A DNA stretch of 64,000 bases from Octopus bimaculoides (Eukaryota): NCBI RefSeq assembly GCF_001194135.2, contig NC_068982.1, forward strand, positions 39,662,078-39,726,077, in the 5' to 3' direction. The translations under genes were made by a program, and so were the position numbers. Of the stretch, positions 1 through 12,963 are shown piece by piece; the stretch's first letter is position 1; each line of letters begins with the position of its first letter. The notes below the pieces were generated by a model. That model had not been told where the DNA came from. It worked only from the letters and a program-made list of their open reading frames with translations, and ran no database searches.

Positions 1-235
1 CCTTAGGTATAATAAAAAAAATATTCAGACAAATACATAACAAAAACACCAGGACTTACAAATATATATAACATACAGAAAATTGCACTATTGGGTACTG
101 CACACATTCTACGCAAAACACTTTCAATACAGTAAACATAAGAGCACCACAGCAAACCACAGCACATACCCACGGCGCACAGAGCTGCGCTCGGTAGTGA
201 AGTGAAAGCACGTTATAAAAATAAAACTACTGAAC
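1..235 (+). mobile_element. 3' end of R4/Dong-like (restriction-like endonuclease) non-LTR retrotransposon, with (TAA)n tail to ~310
   Basis: Translates LGIIKKYSDKYITKTPGLTNIYNIQKIALLGTAHILRKTLSIQ* (stop 133-135), the typical RLE-LINE C-terminus (QK.ALLGTA.ILRK.L). A ~100-bp 3' UTR follows, then a TAA array. The start is cut by the window edge. Confidence 0.85.
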
Positions 236-311
<76 letters not shown>

Positions 312-981
312 TTTTGATGCGTGACTTTTGGTCCCCACTCGAAATAAAATAAATGAAAACTAAATAAGATAAGAAGTAAATAATTATGAAATATATATAT
401 ATACACAAACTTTAGTAACAGAAGTTAGTAAGACACGCGGAACTCGAAAAGATAGTATATGTGAAACGTGTCAACAGGAAAAATATGCATGTTATAGAAT
501 GGTTCCAAATTCAACCGATTATCCGGGTAGTAGCGGAACATTACCTGGAGAATTGCGTTTAGATTCTTTACTGCAAACTTCATTAAGTTTGCAAATCAAT
601 GCATAAGAGATTTAAGAAACTTAAAATGGAAACCAATGTACATGGGTTCCCGCTAACCACTACACTGATTGCAGCGAGTAGTCCCAACGGGAAAAGGGAC
701 ACTGTAATTGTGTGAATTTGGTTCGAACGAATTATCGATTTATGCGTCAGCTTAAAGCATAACCTCCATTTGCATTAACTGTTTGCACCGTTTGACGGTT
801 GATTTCTTATGAGATGTTGTTTTAATCGTCAAAGCAGTCCTCATCGACGAAAAACTACGGACTCTACAAAGAATGGAGTAGTTTGTAAGTATCTCATATA
901 GAACGGATATTTTTTTAAATTTAAAATGTCAGTTGTCGGAATAATTAGAAGAGGCTCCAAATAGCTTGTTTCAAGAAGTCA

Positions 982-1012
982 ATGATTAATGATAATGATG
1001 ATGGTGATGACA

Positions 1013-1053
<41 letters not shown>

Positions 1054-1190
1054 ATGATGACGATGACGGTGATGATGATGATGATTATGATGACGATGAC
1101 GATGACGATGACGACGACGACGACGACGACGATGACGATGATGATGATGATGATGACGTTGACGACGACGACGACGATGATGATGATGAT
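982..1190. repeat. Compound (GAT)n/(GAC)n trinucleotide microsatellite
   Basis: Directly visible interrupted GAT/GAC repeats. Confidence 0.95.
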
Positions 1191-1392
1191 TTCAAATTTT
1201 GGCACAAGGTCAAACATTTCGGGGGAGGAGTCAAGTCAAGGACACCGACCTCAGTATTCAACTGGTGCTTATTCTATTGATCTCGAAAGGATGAAAAGTA
1301 AAGTCAGCCTCGGTGAAATTTGAACTCAGAACGTACAAACTGACGAAATGGCGCTAAGCACTTTGCTCGTTGATCTGCCAGCTCGCTGCCCT
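1190..1392 (-). mobile_element. SINE family B (AAGGCGGTGAGCTGGCA head; CCTTGTGCCAAAATTTGAA tail), degenerate
   Basis: Reverse complement aligns with the copies at 16371-16742 and 62466-62685. Confidence 0.8.
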
Positions 1393-1410
1393 ATAGCAGC
1401 TTGTTGCCCA

Positions 1411-1480
1411 ACTACTACTACTACAACTGCTGCTGCTACTACTAGTACTACTAGTACTAGTACTACTACAACTGCTGCTG

Positions 1481-1553
<73 letters not shown>
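1411..1553. repeat. Compound (ACT/GCT)n then (TAA)n microsatellite
   Basis: Directly visible. Confidence 0.95.
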
Positions 1554-1555
<2 letters not shown>

Positions 1556-1786
1556 GGTTGCATTAGGTATAATAAAAAAATATTCAGACAAATACATAAC
1601 AAAAACACCAGGACTTACAAATATATATAACACAGAAAATTGCACTACTCGGCACAGCACACATCCTACGCAAAACACTTTCAATACAGTAACCATAAGA
1701 GCACCACAGCAAACCACAGCACATACCCAAGGCGCACAGAGCTGCGCTCGGTAGTGAAGTGAAAGCACGTTATAAAAATAAAACTA

Positions 1787-1790
<4 letters not shown>
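1554..1790 (+). mobile_element. 5'-truncated R4/Dong-like LINE 3' end inserted within a (TAA)n array
   Basis: Close match to 1-235, with a 2-bp deletion. Stop at 1690-1692. Flanked by TAA repeats on both sides (1515-1553 and 1791-1919). Confidence 0.85.
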
Positions 1791-1844
<54 letters not shown>

Positions 1845-1856
1845 GTAATAATAATA

Positions 1857-1919
<63 letters not shown>

Positions 1920-1920
1920 G

Positions 1921-2290
1921 GGAAGAGATTACTGAGAATGAGGAGTGCAAAATCACGTGGAATGCAATGATTTAGCGTGACCATCAGATTAGACATCGGA
2001 GACCTGACGCAGTTGCGCTGAGCAGAAAAAAAATCATGCATGATAATGGATATAAAATGTACTGGGGAAAACAGGATTGAAGAGAAAGAAGAAAAAAGGA
2101 ACAATTGTGATGAATTGAAGTGGTAAATACGTAAGTAGTGGGTAATGAAGAGATTGAACGTGATGGCAATAGTGATTAGTGTGCTTGGAAGTATCATCAC
2201 TCAACTACCATCGTAGAACACCTACAAAATTGATCATTACTTCGAAATGCAAGAGTTCTCCGCAGGGTTCCTGAAGCATGATCAGTAAAG
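1921..2290 (+). mobile_element. Older R4/Dong-like LINE RLE-domain fragment
   Basis: Reads ENEECKITWNAMI*RDHQIRHRRPDAV...SCMIMDIKCTGENRIEEKEEK...ELKW...KRLNVMAIVISVLGS...EHLQ..LLRNARVLRRVPE. This matches the RLE pattern ENE..KILWD..I..D..I..RRPD.V...IID...EEKE.EK..Y.DL...V.PIVIGALG. Stops and frameshifts are present. Confidence 0.8.
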
Positions 2291-2601
2291 AAGTTTCACT
2301 TTAGACTGCTGGCTGAGGGCAGCTGACACTTTCCATCGTGCCCAGCAAAATAAGTTGAGAGTTTTCAAGAAATATTAATTGGAAGGAGAAAAAAAAAAAA
2401 CACCTCTTACTTCTGACCAACATATTGCCCAAAAAGAAGTGGAAAAATTGTGTAATTACGAAGATCTCGAAATTGAAATATTCAAGATTTGGAGACAAGA
2501 AGGTGAGAACGATCATTGAAGCATTATGCATGATAGAAATCATGTGAACAAAAACGTAGAAATTATACCTGAACCCACCCTCAACACCACACACTATTCA
2601 A

Positions 2602-2683
2602 AACAGCCCTGTTAGGAACAGCCCTGTTAGGAACAGCCCTGTTAGGAACAGCCCTGTTAGGAACAGCCCTGTTAAGAACAGCC
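2602..2683. repeat. 15-bp minisatellite (AACAGCCCTGTTAGG), ~5.5 copies
   Basis: Four exact units, one with a G>A change, and a partial unit. Confidence 0.95.
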
Positions 2684-3573
2684 TATATCCTGATACCCAA
2701 CTGAAGAACGGAATTTGTATAATACACACAGCACGCAGTACAAGCACTAATACAACAAAAGACTGCAACTGAGCCCCATAACAAAAGAAACTGATGCAAT
2801 ACAATACCGAGACGAGATTGCACTCCTCAACAACCAAAAAGAACTCACAATACTGCACACACTCCAGCAACACGGATGTGTAACAGGTGATGCTGTAGAA
2901 ATTTGCCTGAAAATAACAACTGTTGAATAATAATAATATGGTGGTGGTGGTGGTGGTGGTGGTGGATGTGGTGTTGGCGGTCGTCGTCGTGATGATGATG
3001 ATGATACGGCAGGAGAGGAGTTAAAATATTAATGAATAAATATTTATGCAGTAAGAATAAACATAAACTTACAATAAATTATAACATCGCATTAGAAATT
3101 TTTTATTATCACTATTAAAGTGCCGTAGTTATCCGTTGTGTTTACTGTAGAATATAGCATACAAAGAACTGAGACACACTGAAGGATTTCGTTTACAAAC
3201 AGATAAATAAACTATAATACATTTTCAAGCTACACTCCATGCCATAAAGTTATTATTTCCCCAAAGGTAATTCTAAATACATATATATAGCCAAGTAATT
3301 TTCTATGAATGACTCCAGTTTTACTCAGTAATCTAATATATGATGAATTTTCTGTCTTAAAGTTTCCCCTATTTGATAAAACGTTTATCTCATTCTTATT
3401 CTGAAGTAATCATTAACTTATTCAACAAGACTTTTATTGCAAAGTCTGTGACGTTCTTTCTTATTTACATGCACGTTAAAATTGCTGCTTTGTTTTTGTT
3501 TTAGCTGCAAAAAATTATTGATTATTATACTATATCCTTACACACAAACGTTATACATACATACATGCATACA

Positions 3574-3609
<36 letters not shown>

Positions 3610-6169
3610 NNNNNNNNNNNNNNNNNNNNNNNNNNNNNNNNNNNNNNNNNNNNNNNNNNNNNNNNNNNNNNNNNNNNNNNNNNNNNNNNNNNNNNNNNNN
3701 NNNNNNNNNNNNNNNNNNNNNNNNNNNNNNNNNNNNNNNNNNNNNNNNNNNNNNNNNNNNNNNNNNNNNNNNNNNNNNNNNNNNNNTATATATATATATA
3801 TATGTAAGTATGTATGTATGGTTCATAGATGAGAATCAAATATTCTCCGCATAGTGCTTGTGGTACTCAAGGGGCTTAAGCTGGACCGAGTAGAGAACTA
3901 AATATAGGTTTAAGCAAGTTAGGCAGGTCAATATGCGAAGTATATTAAATATAAAAAGGCCTGACTTACACTGAATAGAAATGATATCAATATACCCATT
4001 GACTCTGATATTTCCTAAATAAACATGCACTGAGTTGGGCGTGTCCGTGAGAACACGTTTATGAAGCAGAAACAAATGAATGCAAAGGATCACACAATTT
4101 AAGGAGGATGCATTATATTTTGTCCACAGAGGCATAAATTTGGATTTGTAATATTTTTCTTCAACAACTTTAATTCTTGATATCATTTCTATATAACTGT
4201 TGTCTAAATAGAGATGACATAGCATATTATGAATGAGTTGGTCTTTGCAAGAAAATGAGAGGTTAGATAAACTGCGATTATTTTAACAAATCTATAGTTA
4301 AAATACATGTATACACAAATAATGTGTGTTGCAATATGTTCAGATTTAGTTTTGACATTGAAATATTTTTTTTTTAAATGAAATGACTGGCTTCCAATAA
4401 TCTTAATTTTAAGCTCAGTACTTACACAACATGACTCAATTTTCTACTTCAAATGTATGTTTATATGAAATAATAAACAGGCGATTACAATATTACGTGT
4501 TAATGTCATCTTTACTGATTTTCTATAGAAATTATAGCCAGCACTGGTTTCATTACGATGGTTCGTATCCGAAACATCAGATACGCCCATTACCCATTTT
4601 TTAATCTTTGACCTCATTGTTTGTTTACATCTGGCGTCTCGTATACAAAACATTTCGGAAAATTAGTACTGGCTATAATTTCGATAGAAAATTTGTAGAG
4701 ATAACTTAAACACATAACTTAAGTGCACTGCTAACTCATTAGTACACGGTATTGACTTATAAAACGGTTTAATGTACTTCGAAGCATATTGTCATTGCAT
4801 AACGAAATACTGTGTGCCGATAACCCATTAATATTAGCATATTGGTTTCCAACGTTACAGACGTAACCATAACCACTGTATCAAATTGACTTACAGATTG
4901 CATACAGTTTTAGGCCAGGTTATATGATTTTGTGTAGCAATTAAAATGCATATAATTTTCAGAAATTTACTGAGTCTAATGTAAATTGATGTCGTAGCTG
5001 AGTAACAATATTGTTTCGGCTTCAAAAAGTGTCATTACTCTCTTTAATATAGGTTCATAGATGAAAGTCTTCTGAGTTGTAAGTGAATTAAACCAAATGG
5101 GGAATGTAATCAGTTTAGGGAATATCACATTCACCTTTGTATTTGAATATTTGATAAGAGTAAAGTCAGCTGGGTAAACAATCTAGAATACAATGAACGT
5201 AGAAGAGAAAACGAGTTTTAGTTGACATTCGTGTTGAGTGTGTGTGAATCAAAGAGGTCCTGCTGAACATATTCACTGATTAACCGACTTAATGTTTGAA
5301 CGTAGTGACTAATAAGTAATAATTATAATAGATAATTCGCATACTAAACACGATTAAAGTCTAGACTTACACTGAAGACTACAGCTTTAAATAAAATGCA
5401 GGTGACTGTTGATATACAACATATAAACGACTGCCGCCACTAGTTCCACTTATATTAGTAGTAATGGACTAAAATGATATAACTTAATAATAAGGTGATA
5501 CCATTTCTTTCATCTTTGATACAGTTGATGTGATAATAAGATGTGGTAAGAAAAGTCTTTTATAATGGAAAGATACAGATGTTGTTTCTTACGTGAATTT
5601 AACCTTTCTTAACACAACAACAGAAGAGTGAATCGCATATAAATTTGTGTTACCTATAAGAGAGGGTTATATACATTAAGTATGGTACATACATAGTTGA
5701 ATGTTCAATGATTCAAATTAGTTTCGTTTCTAAAACAATTAATTGCGTTCAGAGTGCTCTATAGAGAGATCTAAGAATGTGTTACGTTTACTAATAGTAC
5801 GTACATGGTATTGAGAAAGCGCTTTCTACACAAAGAACACGTTTCATGGAAAAAAAATAATCAGACTGCACCGTCAGTAAATGTGACAGTTTTGTGCTCG
5901 ATATTAAAAATCACAACTCAGTTCATATTATCCCACAGTAACCAATATTAAAATCAATACATAAGCAAATCACATATGTGTCTGATGCATTTTAATAAAA
6001 ATTGCATTTGTTGGAGTCATTACTGTTCTGCTTATATTTAGTGTTGGCATTCTTTCTACAAAAGCAAAGTATATATATTTTAATAGCTAAGGAGAAAGCC
6101 TCTACATCATCGCTCGATATGATAGAAATAGCAACCGGAATTTTCTTAATTCATACATTTTTATTTCAG

Positions 6170-6261
6170 AAAATTCGTTGCAGATAGTGTATAAAATTCG
6201 GCATTGTTAAGGCCCGAATGTCTATCTGTATAGCTCTGCTTGTTGAATGGTGACGTGGAAG
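6170..6261 (+). other. Candidate non-coding exon
   Basis: Acceptor tttttatttcag| and donor GAAG|gtaaaa. Stops in all three frames. Confidence 0.25.
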
Positions 6262-7203
6262 GTAAAAAAACAATAAAACTACTATTAAGATCAGTGCTAC
6301 TAATAAAGATTTATTTGAGGAATTTTTTGAATTGAGGTAGTATTAAGCAGGGACATACATCAACACGAACACACACACACACACACACACACANNNNNNN
6401 NNNNNNNNNNNNNNNNNNNNNNNNNNNNNNNNNNNNNNNNNNNNNNNNNNNNNNNNNNNNNNNNNNNNNNNNNNNNNNNNNNNNNNNNNNNNNNNNNNNN
6501 NNNNNNNNNNNNNNNNNNNNNNNNNNNNNNNNNNNNNNNNNNNNNNNNTATATATATATATATGTTATATATACACGGGTGTGCGTGATTGTGTATAGAA
6601 GAATATATTACTAAAAAAAACTCCAGCTTTGTATGATTTTCACATTCTATTTGCAATCTTATAATAATATAATATAATATAATATAATATATTGAAATGA
6701 TAGACTATTAAATGTCCATTCTGATTAAACTAGTACTTTCATGTACTAAACTATGCAATCTTCAGGTTCATGTAGTAGTGGTGTCAGTTATGTTTCACAA
6801 TTTACAACCCTAATGAGATGGCTCAACTGTGTGCCTTAAATACATTCGTATAGACTCCACAATGTTAATTTTTGCAAATTGTATTCTGACCAATCAATGT
6901 GTGATTTTACTAAATTACGTAAGTTGATTGGTGCTTGGTTTAGGCGTCATGGTTTGTTGAACATGTCAAAAAGACCTGTATTTTATCTCTGGCCAAAGCT
7001 GTGATTGTTGAGCTATTTTTAGAAATGTAAACATATCCCTGGGATTTTTATCATCATCACCATTATCATCTCCTTTATTCTTGTTGCTGTTGTTGTTGTT
7101 GGTGGTGGTGGTGATGGTGGTCGTGGTAGGAGTAGCTGTCGGAGTAGAGCTTTAAACCCCAAAATAAGATTATTTTTTCCTACTTTTCTCTTAACTTATC
7201 TAG

Positions 7204-7326
7204 TATTTTCCTGCTGTCATCATCATGAGCACCTTTAGTATTGTTCTTGTTAATGGTAGTAATCGTAGTAGTAGAAATAGCACCTCAAATGACCAAATCC
7301 AAGCTACTCTGCTAGTTCCTGAACAG
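7204..7326 (+). CDS. Candidate exon of an unidentified gene (ATG at 7225: MSTFSIVLVNGSNRSSRNSTSNDQIQATLLVPEQ)
   Basis: Long polypyrimidine acceptor ending ctag at 7203, donor CAG|gtacga at 7327, 123 bp open in phase 0, A at -3 of the ATG. The frame stays open to a stop at 7492-7494 if unspliced. No recognisable homology. Confidence 0.3.
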
Positions 7327-7916
7327 GTACGATGGGATTTTGTCCCACCAGGGTTTGCAGGACGGCTTCGTCGAGCTCTACAGATCTTCCAGGACGAGGC
7401 TCGTCTTCTAGGCTTTTGTTTCCGGTTCGAAATTTCTGGAACCACCGTTGTCACTGGTTTACGCTTATCGTCCGATCCCCATACACTGCAATAATATTCC
7501 TCGCACATTGCGTTGCGTTGTTGCCTTCATTGAACTCATAACTCAAAATATGCTGAATATGCTCTTTTGTCACATGTATTATAGCATTGAAAAAATAACT
7601 ATTTAAATCAAACTGCAGTCTTCAAAACTTGCACTAAGAATAAGTTAAGGTAAAATTATTGACATTTTTTTTTATAAGAAGTTGATGCAGGTATTCTATC
7701 CCGACCTCTTCCGACTTTTAGTTCAGGCAATTGAAAAAACAGCATTATTTCTGGAGTGACCCAATATATATACACATATAAACAAATATATATAATTATA
7801 TATAATATATATATATAATATATATAATAGTACATGTATATATATATATGTTTATATATATACATATATATATATCTATGTATATATATATGTATATATA
7901 TGTATATATATATATG

Positions 7917-7949
<33 letters not shown>

Positions 7950-8681
7950 NNNNNNNNNNNNNNNNNNNNNNNNNNNNNNNNNNNNNNNNNNNNNNNNNNN
8001 NNNNNNNNNNNNNNNNNNNNNNNNNNNNNNNNNNNNNNNNNNNNNNNNNNNNNNNNNNNNNNNNNNNNNNNNNNNNNNNNNNNNNNNNNNNNNNNNNNNN
8101 NNNNNNNNNNNNNNNNNNNNNNNNNNNNNNNNNNNNNNNNNNNNNNNNNNNNNNNNNNNNNNNNNNNNNNNNNNNNNNNNNNNNNNNNNNNNNNNNNNNN
8201 NNNNNNNNNNNNNNNNNNNNNNNNNNNNNNNNNNNNNNNNNNNNNNNNNNNNNNNNNNNNNNNNNNNNNNNNNNNNNNNNNNNNNNNNNNNNNNNNNNNN
8301 NNNNNNNNNNNNNNNNNNNNNNNNNNNNNNNNNNNNNNNNNNNNNNNNNNNNNNNNNNNNNNNNNNNNNNNNNNNNNNNNNNNNNNNNNNNNNNNNNNNN
8401 NNNNNNNNNNNNNNNNNNNNNNNNNNNNNNNNNNNNNNNNNNNNNNNNNNNNNNNNNNNNNNNNNNNNNNNNNNNNNNNNNNNNNNNNNNNNNNNNNNNN
8501 NNNNNNNNNNNNNNNNNNNNNNNNNNNNNNNNNNNNNNNNNNNNNNNNNNNNNNNNNNNNNNNNNNNNNNNNNNNNNNNNNNNNNNNNNNNNNNNNNNNN
8601 NNNNNNNNNNNNNNNNNNNNNNNNNNNNNNNNNNNNNNNNNNNNNNNNNNNNNNNNNNNNNNNNNNNNNNNNNNNNNNNNN

Positions 8682-8757
8682 GCGGTGGGCAACTCTGTAT
8701 ACGATTCTGATGATTGCGGTTACATTACAAATCAGGCTGAAGAGGAATGGACAAATG
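8682..8757 (+). CDS. Candidate exon 3' part (5' end hidden in the N gap)
   Basis: Non-repetitive, GC-richer sequence ending ATG|gtaaga. Two frames are open: AVGNSVYDSDDCGYITNQAEEEWTN or RWATLYTILMIAVTLQIRLKRNGQM. A strong acceptor (tctttttcttttgtctcag|) follows at 9066. Confidence 0.3.
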
Positions 8758-10221
8758 GTAAGATTTGTTAAATCCGAAACCGGTTCCTGTTTAAGAATGC
8801 TTTTTTAGGTGATTTTTAAATGTCTTGCCCGCTCACGTTTTGGTATACTGCTATATTTCATGTTGAGAACAATTTAGGTCTTAATAGACACAAGATGTGA
8901 TCTATTTCTAGCGCATTAATTGTCCACGTTAGTGGTCAACGTTATTTAAAAATATATATATATATATAGATAGATAGATAGACAGAGAGAGAGGGGGAGA
9001 GAGAGAGAAAGAGAGAAACAATCACATACACATCTAAACATTGTTAATCTTTTTCTTTTGTCTCAGGACATCCAAGTTGGATGAGAATTATGAGTACAGT
9101 TATCCAGCAATAAACATCATGTTGTTTCTTGTTTGTGATTCAGATACATTGCATATAAAACTACGTTATCCAGTGTCATCTTTTTAGAAACGATTATGTT
9201 TGAAATAGTGAGGGACTTGCCTAACAATTCTAGGTGAACAAGTTACCATATAGAACTTCCCTCACTGGTTCTAGGTTCCGTTCGTCATGCACGTGTTATT
9301 GTTGCTCCCACCACTGCAACTGTTACCTGCACTGCTGCTGCTACAGCTGCACTGCTGCTGCTACAGCTGCACTTGAAAATATGTAGCAGATGGAATCAGT
9401 AATATTGCAGTTGCTACTGTCGTAGAGACATTTATCGCAATAGATTTTGCTCTAAATTCAACCAGTGCTGCTGTGAGTCCTAAAATTAACAATCACATTG
9501 TTGCAAACGTTGCAATTTTCGGTGACACATTACTAAAGACTCCTAATGACTTGAAGCTTCAATGAAAACAAAGGAAGAAAAATATTAGAAACGAAAAAAT
9601 TTTGAAAGCATTTAGAAAAATACATAAAAGAATTACACAAATATTTCGACAACAATATTGTTATTTTTACACCTATTTTTATTGATATTGATATCTATAT
9701 TTGCTATATTAATATATAATGAATATTATCAATGATATTAGTATTATCAATATTGAATGTATGCTTGCATGCATGTATGTAAGTATGTATTCATGTATGC
9801 ATCTTTATATATATATATTTATATATATATATATATAAACAAAATACATACTTATACGCACNNNNNNNNNNAAACAAAATACATACTTATACGCACACAC
9901 ACACACACACACACACACATGTATATATATATACACTGAAACGTAATAAGAACGATTATGGAAGTCTAGGATATTTGTGCACCGAGCACATGTCAATTCA
10001 TTATTCATACATACTTGCACATGCATACAGACTCACATACGCACACGTGCATGGTCATATATGTATCTGCATATACATACACCCCCCCCCCCCACACATA
10101 TATATATATANNNNNNNNNNNNNNNNNNNNNNNNNNNNNNNNNNNNNNNNNNNNNNNNNNNNNNNNNNNNNNNNNNNNNNNNNNNNNNNNNNNNNNNNNN
10201 NNNNNNNNNNNNNNNNNNNNN

Positions 10222-10275
<54 letters not shown>

Positions 10276-10279
<4 letters not shown>

Positions 10280-10830
10280 GGTTTGTGAAGGAAGTAATTT
10301 CGGTTTTGTAGTGTGAAATAAAAGTCATTTTATTTCTGATACAGAGAATAAATTATAATCAATAATATTTTCTATTTTGTTCGGCGACCTTTTGCCGTCT
10401 TTCTGGCAACTTTATGATTCTGCGCTTATAGAACTTCTGGTCCTTATCATCCCATAACTGAAGCAAGTGCGATTTCAGGTGACTACTATTATTGAAGGTT
10501 TTACCATTCAAAGAATTTTGCAAACCTCGAAATAAATGGTAATCTGATGGTGCAAGATCGGGCTATATGGTGGATATGACATCACTTTCCAACCAGGCTC
10601 CAGTAACGTTCCCTGTGTTAACAAAGACGTGTGTAGTCTAGCGTTCTTATGGTGGAACAAGATTCTTTTATGATTTGCCAATTCTGGCCGTTTATCTTCG
10701 ATTGCTTCTTCCAGTTTCATTAGTTGTTGATAGTAAATATCTGAATTGATCTTTTGGTTACCTGGAAGCAGCTCAAAATACTCAACACATTTGTAATCAC
10801 AAGAAATTGAAAACATGACCATTTTCGAAG
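10276..10830 (-). mobile_element. Mariner (DD34D) transposon 3' half with terminal inverted repeat
   Basis: Translation YFELLPGNQKINSDIYYQQLMKLEEAIEDKRPELANHKRILFHHKNARLHTS...GWKVMSYPPYSP, then (shifted) DYHLFRGLQNSLNGKTF...KFYKRRIIKLPERRQKV. TIR-like TATAGGTTTGTGAAGGAAGTAATTTCGGTTTT at 10276-10307. Confidence 0.9.
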
Positions 10831-10849
10831 CAATTCAGCTGTCGATGTG

Positions 10850-11480
10850 ATTTGTACTAGTTCATTATGCTTGGACCATGATCATTTTCTCTACACACAC
10901 CACTATACAAACACCTATACACACTGTTCAACTCATTACTACACATACCATTACACACACACTCACAAATATCTTCCCACTCCAAACACACTAGCACCGA
11001 ACACTTCTCAGCACCCACACCACACACCATTATCCACACACACACACACACACGCACACTCTTCAATAGTATCACCACGCACACCACTATAAGGGCAACC
11101 ACACACACTATTTAACTCAGTACACACACCAGACCTCATGTACACTCCTACACCCACAGAAGCATATAATACCTGAACATAGACAATACATACTCACACA
11201 CGCAACACACATTCACAAAGATAACTTTCCCCCACAAACATACACTGTGCACATGCACACTATTTCGTCACAGACACACACATACATACACATGTGCACA
11301 CATAACCTGAACAGGCCCACACCAACTGCTACACACAACATACATACGCACACACACGCAAACACACACGTTATACTCACCCGCCCCATACACACACACA
11401 CGTTTGGCTCACTTAGCTCCATTCACACATACACACACAAATCCATTCTCACATACACACACACGCTTGCGCACCTTAGA
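10850..11480. repeat. Decayed CA-rich low-complexity tract
   Basis: Strong C/A strand bias with embedded (CA)n. Confidence 0.75.
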
Positions 11481-11521
11481 TCGTTGGGATCACCATTACT
11501 TTTATAATAATAATTACAATG

Positions 11522-11623
<102 letters not shown>

Positions 11624-12963
11624 TCCCTTTCATTCAACCTCTTTTTCCNNNNNNNNNNNNNNNNNNNNNNNNNNNNNNNNNNNNNNNNNNNNNNNNNNNN
11701 NNNNNNNNNNNNNNNNNNNNNNNNNNNNNNNNNNNNNNNNNNNNNNNNNNNNNNNNNNNNNNNNNNNNNNNNNNNNNNNNNNNNNNNNNNNNNNNNNNNN
11801 NNNNNNNNNNNNNNNNNNNNNNNNNNNNNNNNNNNNNNNNNNNNNNNNNNNNNNNNNNNNNNNNNNNNNNNNNNNNNNNNNNNNNNNNNNNNNNNNNNNN
11901 NNNNNNNNNNNNNNNNNNNNNNNNNNNNNNNNNNNNNNNNNNNNNNNNNNNNNNNNNNNNNNNNNNNNNNNNNNNNNNNNNNNNNNNNNNNNNNNNNNNN
12001 NNNNNNNNNNNNNNNNNNNNNNNNNNNNNNNNNNNNNNNNNNNNNNNNNNNNNNNNNNNNNNNNNNNNNATATATATATATATATAATGTAAGGATAAAA
12101 TCTTCATAAGAATTTATCAAATAGTCAGCGTGAAAAAACCTCGTAAGGAAAAAAAACATCATTTTTTTCCATAAATATATATAATTTAATTTATATAAGG
12201 GCATTACTATACAATAATGCCTCACGCTTAGAGGGACTTCATAAGTCAAAACTACCGAAATAAGCACATTTTACCGATCGTGAGGGAATGTTACTTTCAA
12301 TGCTAACCTCCTAAAAACTCTTAACTTCGGCAGACCAATGGTTTCATAATTAACACAGCAAAACTATGCAGTAAACTGCATCTTTTATTCATCAGTACAC
12401 GTATGGTCAAGACACATAAAGAATAAACAAAAATCAACATACCCCGATGTACCCAACACAATACATAGACGATTGTTCATCCTTATATACCCATGAATGG
12501 GACGGGCTTTTTAAGTTACACTTCGGCAACATGTGCTTTTACAGAATAATATTCAGCATTGAATATATTATAATTATTCATAATATAATGTAAGGATAAA
12601 ATCTTTTTATATACATATGTATATATATATACAATCCCTTGCATATTAATTTTCATAACAATCCTGCAAATTTGGTCCGTAATATCTTAATCGTACTTGA
12701 TGTTGTTCTCCAATGACAACACACAACAGCGATTAGCATATTCAAGTTCGAATCTACCTGAGCGTATTAAGAATGGTTATGAAAGTCATCGCTTTTTTTG
12801 TACCTCAAGCACATAACGATTCACTATACATTCATATATATATATCNNNNNNNNNNATACACACATACACAGACACACAAGAAACACGCATGTGTTTGAG
12901 TACGTGTTTATATGTATTTATCTACCTATCAATATATATATAAGTGGGGATACATGTATATAT

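Noticed and set aside
945-1956. Poly-D/T/I/L/S/N ORFs in the ORF track
   Set aside because: They are translations of trinucleotide microsatellites.
2602-2683. CRISPR-like palindromic repeats
   Set aside because: No spacers, no cas genes and a eukaryotic context; it is a minisatellite.
9300-9565. GCT/ACT-rich ORF-like stretch with a 20-bp tandem duplication
   Set aside because: Stops in all extended frames and no recognisable motif.
12370-12395. Minus-strand CTGATGA followed by a hairpin
   Set aside because: No GAAA after the stem.
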